From Marsupella aquatica (Eukaryota; Plantae; Marchantiophyta): 64,000 bases of DNA. The position numbers were made by a program, and so were the translations under genes. Positions within the stretch are counted from its first letter, which is position 1. The number at the start of each line of letters is the position of its first letter. Positions 1 to 10,738 of this stretch are shown here, piece after piece. The stretch spans positions 5,345,303-5,409,302 of the forward strand of contig OZ316896.1 of NCBI GenBank assembly GCA_973895155.1. Reading direction: 5' to 3'. The notes under the pieces were generated by a model, which saw only the letters and a list, made by a program, of their open reading frames with translations, did no database searches and was not told where the DNA came from.

Positions 1-2044
1 GGTTCTTATCACTATTCATAATTTTAGCTAATTTTATCCACTGCACTTGGAGTGACTTTGCTACTAGCCGTTTATCTCAACCCGATTCGTTCTTTTCTGG
101 CAAAATTTTCCCAAATTACACATCCAATCCCTAAAAAGTCTTCGCCCCTATTTTGATATTCCATTAGCCAGTTTCTCAAGTTTCTCACCTAGCCACAAAC
201 CCATAGTCATAATTTGACTGCTATCTTTCAATCTTGGGAGATCTACTGAATCAAAGCTGATCTCCAAAAATTAGATAAGGAATATTCTTAGCATCTTCTC
301 CATCACACACACAAGGGGAGAGTCACCAAAAAGGAAATCTCTAGAAAAATTTGAAATGGTTAGAACCACAGCACTGTGCACAATTTTATCGAGTCCACTA
401 TGAGTGAAGGCTTTGTTTGAATCTGAACCTGAGAGGGTTTACCACTGTGCACTGATGATGATGAAGGAACATAAACTGAGATTTCAGGATAGGCCCAGTC
501 CGGTGCATTTCAAAGGTCAAATTGATAGGACAGGTCAGACTAGGCAAAGGACTTCCGGACAGATGGTGTTGATAGCAGAGAGAAATTCCCATATAGCATG
601 ATGTATGACAAGAGCGGACCTATAGAGAACTTAGTAGATGGTACTTGGAGCCAGACACCCTTGGGTGGATGATGTTCTGGGTCCCATGGCCCAACTAGTT
701 TGTTGTTTTTTGTGTGGTTTTGGCCTTGTGTTACCACGGCCCCCGCGCATGCTTCCTGGGCGGCCTTTGTCCCGGGCGCCCCCCCCCCCCCCCCCCACCT
801 CCCTTGTAAAGGTTTAAAGTTTTTATAGAAAAAACCACCTGTGCACAATTTTATCTCGTCCACTCAGAGTGAAGTGGCTTTGTTCAAATCTGACCTGAGA
901 GAGTTTGTACCACTGTGCATAATTTTATCCACTCCACTCGAGTTAAATGGCTCTCCTTAGATCAGTTTGACTATGTTAGGCTCATTGGAAAGATCTTTCC
1001 CAGCCATTTCTAATGAATTCAAGCAAAGGAAATTCCATTAATGTTGAGGGAGATACTAAATGTCAAATTTAATTCCTAAAACAAATTTGGAAACAGAAAG
1101 TGTGGATAGTAGGTGATAAAGTGATCTTTAGAAATTCATAATTCTCTCCATTCTTCATTAAAACTAGGAGAGATTAGACTTGTTGAAAAAGATCTTTCCA
1201 AGAGGCTTATAAAGAGCCCAGAAGAGCCAATTCCACTGGATACAAATTGAGATATTAAACATTTCTGTGAACTACCTTAACCGAGAGATGACTCATATAT
1301 CTTTGTGGTCAAAGGATGCACAGTCAAGAAAAAAGATTGGGTACTAAGAATTTTTGTTTGATCAAAAAAGTTGCATACAAGTTTAATTAGTGGAAATTTA
1401 TGTGGACCGCAATCGGTCCTCTAAAAGTCTTGATTGCTTTTCTAAAGTTTTACCATGGTTAAGAATACAAAGTCAAATCAAGAGTTAGGATGCATGGCTC
1501 AGAATTGCAGTGACAAATGGGCCATGGGTTGGAACACATGCAAAGCGGGTTGCATGTTTAGGGCTAGTACACTATTTCTTCTAGGTTGTGGTTCAAAGTT
1601 GTAGGAACTATGTTTCAAAGGGAGCATCAGTATCCGGATAAGTTTATTGAAGGTCAAACTTTGCAATTGAATTTTTTTTGGAAACAAGAAGGGTGTGATG
1701 ACTGAAGGTGTTAAAGGTGTACGTCATGGTCTATTGAGGTTGCATGGTTTATCTGCTGTGTCCATGGGAGCATCACTTTCTATATCCAATGATTTTGAAT
1801 TGATCTACCTAGTAAAATTAGATAAAGAATATTTCAAACGTAGTCTCCTTCACACTTCACACAGGGTAACATAAACCACCGTAGTTCCTACAGTGCATGA
1901 TTCTATCGACTGGCTTGGCTCTTGGGAGCAACCCCAAGCATGATAGTACTTTCCCCTTACAATAATCCCCTTAATCCCTATTATAATCGACACTTTATAA
2001 TCTGAAGATTTCTAGCATCTTTCCCCTTGACACATGGACATCAA

Positions 2045-2670
2045 CCACCCTTGTTCATACCAGGTCGCATAAATTTATGGTGTATAATTCTAAGCAGGGT
2101 GCATTATTTTATTCACTGACAACAACTGGTTTTGTACCAAATGCATAATTTTAACCAGGGTGGATTAATTTTATCCACTGGCATTAACCACCCTGGTTCA
2201 TACCAGGGTACATAATCTAATCCACCACTTGAGTGAAGGGAATCTCCACGGTGCATAATTTCATCCACTTACATTAACCACCCTGGTTCGTACCAGGGTG
2301 CATGATTCTAACCAGGGTGCATAATATTATCCGCTCCACTCTGAGTGAAGGAAATCTCCAGTGTGCATAATATTATCCACTCCAGAGGAGGGTGAAGGAA
2401 GTCTCCACTGCATAATTGTATCCACTCCAAAGGGGGTGAAGGAAACCTGGACATAATATTATCCACTCCACAGGGGGTGAAGGAAACCTGGACATAATAT
2501 TATCCACTCCACAGGGGGGTGAAGGAAGTCTCCACTGCATAATTTCGTCCACTGACATTAACCACAGTGGTTCGTACCAGGGTGCATAATTTTATCCACT
2601 CCCCCCCTGGGAGCGAAGGAAATCTCCACTGTGCATAATTTTATCCACTCCAGTACTCTGAGTGGACTTC
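2045..2670. repeat. Imperfect tandem array (GTGCATAATTTTATCCACT core with CACCCTGGT-loop-ACCAGGGTG hairpins) immediately upstream of rbcS
   Basis: More than 10 recurrences of gcataat(t/a)ttatccact, with ~41-bp near-perfect units at 2410-2540. Related copies occur at ~28-57, 372-450 and 836-950. Confidence 0.9.
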
Positions 2671-2860
2671 ACTGCACCGCCAGAAAGCTATGGTGGTCAG
2701 GCCCCACCGCACTCAATCCAGCCAATCCCCATCTCTGTGGTGCAGCTGCTGGCTATGGTGTGACCCACAGCGCTCTCCACACTGAGTGGACAGAAACGAG
2801 AGCAAAAGAAGAGACACCCCCATCCACTCCGCTTTTGCCATGTTCGCGGACCTTTATTTA
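2170..2860 (+). promoter_or_regulatory. Putative rbcS promoter: seven perfect TATCCA copies (GGATA on the minus strand), a CCAATC at 2722 and an AT-rich TATA-like tract near 2853
   Basis: Motifs read directly from the sequence 100-780 bp upstream of the ATG. Function is inferred from known I-box/MYBS and GLK motifs. Confidence 0.5.
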
Positions 2861-2949
2861 TGTCTACTCCGCAATCGCATTCTCAGTCTACCCCATCTCT
2901 TCAGCTGCTCTGTTGATCGCACTAGTGAGAAGAATTATCAGCTGCAGCT

Positions 2950-3726
2950 ATGGCGTCCGCAACTGCCACCCTCTGTGGAGCTCCAGTGGCCGCTCTCAGC
3001 GCCTCCGCTGCCTCCACCTCGTCCAGCACCTCCAAGGTTCAGCTCGGGAGCTGCTTCGTGAAGAGCCGCGTCGCCGCTGCTCCCCTCCAGTGGGCTAACA
3101 AGACTGTCAGCAATGGCAGCCGTGTGAACGCCTTCAATGTATGTCTCAGCTGCTGCTGCTTCGCCGTTTCTTTGTTTATCATGTTTATATCACTGAGGAG
3201 AACCTCTGGAGATGACTAACTTAGCGATGTTCGGGTGCACATTTACCGTTTATCACTGAGGAGAACCTCTGGAGATGACTAACTTAGCGATGTTCGGGTG
3301 CGCATTTATCGTTTATCACTGAGGAGAACCTCTGAAGATGACTAACTTAGCGATGTTCGGGTGATTGTGCAGGTGGTGAACCCAGAGACCAATATCAAGT
3401 ACGAGACCCTCTCCTACTTGCCACCCCTCACCGACGAGGAGATTGAGAAGCAGATCACCTATCTGTTGACGAACGGATGGATCCCTGCCATCGAGTTCGA
3501 CAAGAACGGAACCGTGTCCCAGACCGCCTGCAAGATGCCCGGATACTATGATGGCAGGTACTGGAGCATGTGGAAGCTCCCCCTCTTCGGAGCCAAGGAC
3601 TCCAGCCAGGTCCTCGCAGAGGTCCTCAACTGCAAGAAGGAGTACCCCGGATCATTCATCCGTGTTATCGGATTCGATAACGTGAGGCAGGTGCAGGTGG
3701 TGTCCTTCCTTGTGAAGAAGCCTTGA
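2950..3726 (+). CDS. rbcS: Rubisco small subunit precursor, 2 exons (2950-3138, 3373-3726), divergent isoform
   Basis: Ala/Ser-rich transit peptide ending SNGSRV, GT donor at 3139 and TGCAG acceptor ending 3372 join in frame. Exon 2 has the RbcS hallmarks [27 protein letters not shown] and [14 protein letters not shown]. Confidence 0.97.
3183..3365 (+). repeat. 3 x 63-bp tandem repeat inside the rbcS intron
   Basis: Units start at ~3183, 3248 and 3311 (gtttatcactgaggagaacctctggagatgactaacttagcgatgttcgggtg...) and are nearly identical. Confidence 0.97.
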
Positions 3727-4879
3727 AAGGCTTAGAAGATTTCAGCGTAGCGTCTCCACGCACGCAGGGAATGTAGAGGTCGCGTTTGCGATTAGATGTA
3801 TGATTTGGGACTCTCGTAGTCGGTCGACGATAAACACATTGTGAACTTCCTCACATTTATTTGTCGATATTTCAAGGTATTTGGGGACTACTCTGTACTG
3901 AGAATCCTAGCTCGGATATGGTGGAGAAGCTTCGTTGTCCGCATTGGCTTGTTATTGCATTGCTGATCAGATAATGACAGAACACTATCAACGGGGATAT
4001 CAATCCAAATTATGCATTTTGCATTGTGTCTTATTACGTTTGTAATTTGGAAGCTGGTCGATTGTTTGCAAGTCACGACGGTTTGAGTCATCCGAAGGGT
4101 GCTTGGGAGTGAACCTATGGTCTGACCTATCACCGAAGTAAGTAGCAAGTCTCGAAACGGACTTGTTCTCCAGAACCGCAAGTGCGTTTGGCGGCTGGTG
4201 TAGAACAAGGTGATCCCTGCTCGCAGAAGTGTATCCATGTCATCTCGTGAGTTCGAACGTCTGTTAGGACAGTCGGAAAGCATTTGAACAGTGGGAATTT
4301 GAAGAGAATCGGAGACCTCGAACTTTACTAGCTGCCTGGTTGCCGTACTCATCCTCCTTCGGGATGGAGACTCATTGCCATCCAGAGTTGTTCAGGAATA
4401 GTCTTTGTGCCGTAGCTCATCTCGCTGGCAGGGAAATATGGTTAATGTTGAAAAATTATGCACCAAGATTAAGTCATTGGCAGGGAAGTGTGTCGAGAAT
4501 GAAAGAACTTGTATCAATGCTTGTGAAAGGTGAAGTACCCACGGCGAGTGTCTGAGGATTAGTTATATCCGCACATGTTCTGTACATTCTTCGATATCTG
4601 CAGTGGACAATGTGACAGATAGCTGTTGATTGCTCCTTTTAACACACCCAATCAATGAAGCTGGAAGAATTGACGAAATTCCAAGATACGAAACACAACC
4701 GCTGTATCCTTAGATCTCCGTAGCAATCTCCCTCATGAGGATACCATTGCGTGACCACTATGTCAAGACTCAGCTCAAAAAACATCGAGAATATCAACGA
4801 ATAGCGTTCGGAAAAATCTCGAGCAGGGTCGTTGGGCCTGATGTAGGACTTTTGAAAATCCAGCAACAAATGGGGAGCT

Positions 4880-5520
4880 TGAAACACTAGTGGACCCGAG
4901 AGAGCCGAAATTAGGAGAATGTGATACGAAAGAAGCAGCAATTACCTATCTACCCAGAGACATTCTCATTATGGACTCGTCCGATTATCCACCAACACCT
5001 GCTGCACATAGAAGACTAGTGCAGCCGAGCGAGATGAAAGTAGGAGAATGTGATCCGACAAGTGGAGCAGTACACCATCCACCGAAAGACTTTCACCATT
5101 CTGGACTTTGAGAACCAATCAATACCTGGTGAGCTTAAAACACTAGTGGACCCGAGTGAGATGAAACTATGCGAATATGATCTGACCAAAGCAGCAGTGA
5201 TCTGCTTGCCAGAATACCACTCTTCACTTCGGGAGCATGGAAATACCCATAGACATTCACGATTTGGACTCTTCCGAAAGTCCGCCAATACCTAGCTTAA
5301 AAGACCAGTGGAGCTGAGCGAGATGAATGCAGGAGAATGAGATCCGACAAGTGCAGCAGTACACCATCTACTGATAGACCTTCACCATTCTGGACTGTTT
5401 CGAAAACCAAGCAATACCTGGTGAGCTTAAACCACAGTCAAGTGGACCCGAGAGAGATGGAAGTACGAGAATATGATCCGACAAAAGCAGCAGTAATTCA
5501 TCTGCCGAAAGATACTTCTT
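4880..5520. repeat. Degenerate alternating A/B repeat, 5 units of ~130-160 bp; possibly a decayed coding sequence
   Basis: Recurrent ctagtgga(c/g)c(c/t)gag.gagatgaa...gaat(g/a)tgatccgaca...gcagcagt at ~4885, 5015, 5140, 5305 and 5440. Confidence 0.8.
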
Positions 5521-5881
5521 CATTTCAGGAGCATCGAAAGAACAGCACAGGAACGAATTGTGAAATCTTGTCTTCCGAAGGCCCGCAACCTTCCGCTCAT
5601 CTATTGAACATGCGTGCAGGTGAAACCAGCAAACCTCCACATTCGATTGACAGAAGCTGAGTCTTTCTGAGATTAATATTCTACCCACAAAGCACAATCT
5701 TACTTTGCAAAATGTTTCCACATTGCAGCGGAAAACGAACACAGGATTTGTCTACTGTCAGTCGACATCGCTCGACTACCTGCTTTCCTCTCGGCCAAAA
5801 CTCTTGACAACTGAGGGAAACTTCATGGATTGAATCTGGGTTGGTTAACACTGTTTGCAGCAACTTACTGAGAATCAAATC

Positions 5882-6320
5882 AGGTCTCTTAGAGTGGCTT
5901 TACAAAAAGTCGAGGCACTTTCCATTTTCCCCTGGTCTCCATGATGTGATCATAGCCATCATTGGGGTCTTTTTCTGGTTTCCAAGATGTGATCACAGCC
6001 ATTAGGTCTCCATGATGTGATCGTAGCCATCCATTGGGGCCTTTTCTGGTTTCCAAGATGTGATCAGAGTCATCTTAGAGTGGCTTTACAAGAGGTCGAG
6101 GCACTTTCCACTTTCCCCTGGTCTCCATGATGTGATCGTAGCCATCCATTTGAGCTTATTCTGGTTTCCAAGATGTGATCACAGCCATCAGGTCTCCTTA
6201 GAGTGGCTTTACAAGAAGTCGAGGCACTTTCCACTTTCCCCTGGTCTCCACGATGTGATCATAGCCATCCATTGGGGCTTTTTCTGGTCTCCAAGATGTG
6301 ATCGCAGCCATCCATTGGGG
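5882..6320. repeat. Nested tandem repeat (~123-bp units containing GATGTGATC.(C/T)AGCCAT subrepeats)
   Basis: cttagagtggctttaca at 5888, 6074 and 6197, and about 7 copies of gatgtgatc. Confidence 0.92.
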
Positions 6321-6874
6321 AGATAACTCTGTTGTTCACTTTCCAAGACTTTGGGGGGCTTTTCTTTCCAACATTTTCCCATCCTATCCTGAGGGGAATG
6401 GAGTGGGCCCAAATTTTGCTTATGTGGGGACATTTTTATTCCAAATCTTAGACTACCTCTCTCTTGGAGGTCTCTTCATTTGACCCTTGGTACATTCATA
6501 TTTTGAATTTTTAACATTAAAAGTGGACCCACATGCCCTTCATTACATATTCACTTGTTAGAGAAAGAAGGGCCCTAGGCAAAGAATTATGGACTTTAAA
6601 GTGGAGTGGCTCCACAACTTGTCTACTGGGCAAATAATTCTAGTGCCATTTGCTCCACTTCTCTTTGCGAGACATTGGGACCCCTAAAATCATTCCAATC
6701 TCTCTCTTAGCCCCGTGCAGTAGCTTTAGGATGTTAAATGGCCAATAGATTAAGAAATGGCCATTGAGCTGTTTGTTGTCTGATTTGATCAAAATCCTCA
6801 CAATCCATCTTGACAAAAACACCGGCCAATGCAGCAAGGAATTGATTGGCACCATAACTCAAGAGATTAACTAA

Positions 6875-7775
6875 GTGTAAATTTTGGGATACCATGTGTG
6901 ACCTTAGCCTAATTTAAATACCCCTTATTTAATAAAGACGTACAATATTCTAAGAATGTTCATCATTTTTATTCTCAATGAACTATTTTAGTTTACAAAA
7001 GGCATATATTAGAAAAAACTCTTAATATTAGAGTGTATACTACCTTGGTTACCTTCCTATGATTTACAAAGTTTTGCAAATATCACTCAAATATACCCAT
7101 TTTCATTTGCATGAGGGTATGAAAATAGACTATGACTATAATATAACCATTTTCATAGACTCATAGATATTTCACTCAAATATACCCATTTTCATAGACT
7201 CATAGACATTTTTATATTCTCAAATATACCCATTTTCATAGACATATTTTTATAGTCAACTCCCCAAGACCATCACCAGCAGCTCGCAAAGAATAGACAA
7301 AGCTCATTGAGCACAAAAGCAAACTGAACGCACAAAACAAATAGAATAGACTGAAAAGCTGCAACATAGCAATGTATGTCAAAACCTAAACTCGAAAACC
7401 TTGGAGTGAGAGGCCCATGGTAGACGTGCTCTTTTATACCCTCCTTGACTGTGAATATGGGACTCCCTCTCTCTTATTGGAGGACCTTGATGCATATTTT
7501 ATGCTTGAGGAGTCAACTACCAAAAATTATATGAATCACTTGCGATCCACAATCGGTGTTTTTAATGGAGATTAGCCAAAATTTTAAAAGGCATGGGCGG
7601 TAAAAGAAGGTATTGAAACTTAAATTTATAAAACATTCTCTAGTATATATCTTTTATAAAGTAAAATAGGTGATTAATACTGAAAATAGATAATTTTCTT
7701 AGAAAATTTTCTTTATAAAATAGAAGTATTTATATTAGATTAGGATCACATGTGGTACCCCAAAATATACCCCCA
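6875..7775. mobile_element. Non-autonomous foldback / Mutator-like element with ~150-bp imperfect terminal inverted repeats
   Basis: attttgggataccatgtgtgacct...ctattttagtttacaaaagg (6881-7000) is the reverse complement of ...cttttataaagtaaaatagg...ggatcacatgtggtaccccaaaat (7650-7766). No convincing TSD. Confidence 0.7.
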
Positions 7776-8994
7776 AGATTTTGAAGGTTAGTAGTATGTT
7801 CATTTTATTATGCTCCTTGCCTGCTTAGTTTTCTCCACAGTCATGGAAACTTTTACCTCTAACATTAAAAGTTAAGCCTCACTTGTGTGTATTTGATAGG
7901 GGTATTGGTGCTACACATGCACCCCACTCGAGAGTATGAAAATGTTGTCCATGTAACTTTATGAGGTAAAGGGTCTCCCTTGTGTCTCCTGGTCAAGCTC
8001 CTGGTATCCCTGGTCAACCTCTACTTAACCATGTACACTTTGTGAAGATGTTAGGGTGAACTCTAAGTCTTGGTTAGCCTCTCTTAGGCTAATCAGCATC
8101 TCATGTGTGGGTGTGCTTGTTGCTCTTCTCTTGTGTGTGTGTGTGTCACTGGTTTTTCAAACAATAGGAACCCTGACACTTTAATTTTATACTGAGAGAA
8201 GGACCCAAACTGTTGGTTTGTGTAGAGTTCTCTTGAGTGATGTGATTCAGGTGTTCATTCTGTAATGCATGACGCACGTTCACTCTTCAAAGTAAGAAGA
8301 GGAATGTGAATGCCCATCCTTTGGATGCACTCTTCAAACTAAGCCAAGTACAGAGTCTGAATAGGGCGTCATACGACTGTGATTTTTTGGACATACCATC
8401 CTGATGGGGCAAGTATATAGGTAGCTTGCAGAGTTTTGTCCTGGCTATAAAGCACTTTATGTCCTTGGCCGTGACTCAGTTACAGCCTTGCTTTGACACA
8501 CCCTATTGCCCCTCATTTGGAAAAGGGTAATGTCCTGGTTAAGAGGGCAATTGGGACACCTAAACCGGAGGGTTTGGGGCTCAAGTTTTGAGGGGCTTTT
8601 ATTCCCCCTAACACCCTCCCAACCAGATGTCCAAATCCACTTAAAGGCCCAATAATTTTTTTCTTTTTATTAGTTTTAGTAAAGAAGAGGAGATGTAACA
8701 CAATGCCCTTATGTGTTTCTTCTCCATAAAGCACTGAGGGCATTTTAAGGTGCAAATAGGGGATCAGACTCCAAAGAGGTAAAGGCTCAAGAGACTGCAA
8801 AAAAATAGATTCCATGTCAGAACAGTAAACAAGTGCACTGAAAATTAGTGAATCATCAGGACATAATTATACAATGAAAACAGTGGTAATTACTTAGATA
8901 AAAGGGTTTACACAACACTGAGCCCACACATTGTCCTTGTCTAAAGTCCACCATTTTCTCCCCCATGAAGAACAGTGATTTACTGTCATGGCAT

Positions 8995-9215
8995 ATGATC
9001 ATTCTTTACACGAAAGCTAAGTATTATGGATTTGCTAGTCCATAATGATCATTCTTTACAGCAAAGTATATGATTATGAATTGGCTAGTCCATAACTTGG
9101 CATATAATCATTCTTTACAGCAAAACGTTATGTACTTATGAATTTGCTAGTCCATAACTTGGCATATAATCATTCTTTACAGCAAAACGTTATGCACTCT
9201 GAATTTGGTAGTTCA
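8995..9215. repeat. 4-copy ~50-62-bp tandem repeat
   Basis: atcattctttacagcaaa...tatgaatttgctagtccataa repeated. Confidence 0.9.
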
Positions 9216-10738
9216 CAATTTTTTCTGTCTTATCCTTAGCAAAGTACTTGAGGTACACCAAGTTTTCAGGCCCCCTATTGCCCTTGACTAGAAGTGCACC
9301 ATCTGCTCTAACCCAAAACCGCCAGAGAAACCAAAACTAACAACTGGAAAATAGCCCTCCAATCTGGGATTTGATGGGACCTCACTCGCACACTTAGCTT
9401 CCTTACTACGTGCTTGCTGCACTAGGAATAAATTGGATGACCTAAAATGCAATTTGATATTTTGTTCAGTGTATATATCCCCATATTTGAAGACAAGAAT
9501 GACATAGAGCCATGTTCCAGTAGAAGCATTCATAACCTGGAGTAGAAGTCGCGGCACCCATGCTCCCGGTTTCAGCTCGCGTGATCCTTCAGGATATATT
9601 GTCCAAATATTGTTGATGGAAAAGGATTTAACTCACTAACATTGCTTCATAAAACTGCCCCCAAGCACAAACACACATGAGGCGAGACTGTATACGCACT
9701 CATGTTCAAGAGATGACTCTTTACTAGATGGCTGTTCAGACACTTTCGCAGGTATCACAACGAATACCAACATCTGGGCCTCAAGTTCACTTTCACAATC
9801 AAAGCCTTGATTTGAATATCATCAACAACATTGGCAAAATGTGTGCAAAACCCTTCACAAGAGAAGCGAATAGGCAGTGGAGTTTTCCTGTCACTTAGAT
9901 AAACGCCAGGAGTGCGACGGTTGATTGCTATCAATTTTCTTGCCCAGTGGAAAGTTCCCCATGAATTATACCAGAAGATCCGTTGCTCTGCCTGACGAGG
10001 ATGCGCAAATAGAGATCTAGAAAGACATTCCTCTACTCCTGTGACTGCAAATTCTGCAGGTTCGAGGTTCATAACAAGGCACGCTCTTTACTTCTTTACA
10101 AGAGGAGTTTCAGATCTTCTCATACCGGTATTCAACAGGATGAGATCTATCTGAACATTTACAAAACACTAGGAATCTGTGACTGCCAAAATCTGCAGGC
10201 AACGCTGGGCGGAATCAGGCCTCCAGGTTAGAAGGAAGCACAGCTGATATTCCACTACTTTATTGTCTTATAATCTAAAAATGAGTCTAACCAGGTAGCA
10301 CTATGAGCCCAGTGGGCACAACATTGTTGTACCCTGTTCTAAGCTGGAATTAGTTCAAAGTCGTCATTTCTAAATTACGAATGGCAGTGCATACCTGATT
10401 CGAGCATGACTCGGTAAACTTGAACCTCTGAAAGAATTGGCGAATTGCTGTAGCACTCCATCTTTATGGAGAGTTCTTCATACGATGGATTACATACAAG
10501 AATCTACCTGGCATGAGCATCCTGAAGGACTTCGACATCCAGTATAGAATGAATCCGCTCTGCTATCGTGCTTCCATTCTCACTAACGCAGACCTTGCTT
10601 CCCCACGGTGTTCGCAGTTGCTCGAATATGTTCAAGGGCAATACATAGACGACCTTGAGAAGTTCTTTAGAGGATTTCTTTGCTCCACAAAGCGTTGATT
10701 ACTTGACAAGCTACAAAAGCAGCTTTTAAAATCTTGTA

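Noticed and set aside
2631-3098. 155-aa ORF overlapping the rbcS promoter and exon 1
   Set aside because: Non-ATG start within a repeat, out of frame with rbcS, and no recognisable domain.
3183-3365. Regular repeats here, and at 2045-2670, 25539-26050 and 38235-39093, as CRISPR arrays
   Set aside because: Units are contiguous with no unique spacers, there are no cas genes, and the context is eukaryotic.
3721-3900. C-terminal extension on RbcS, as a possible condensation or linker domain
   Set aside because: The TGA follows VKKP at the normal position, and I saw no convincing additional exon.
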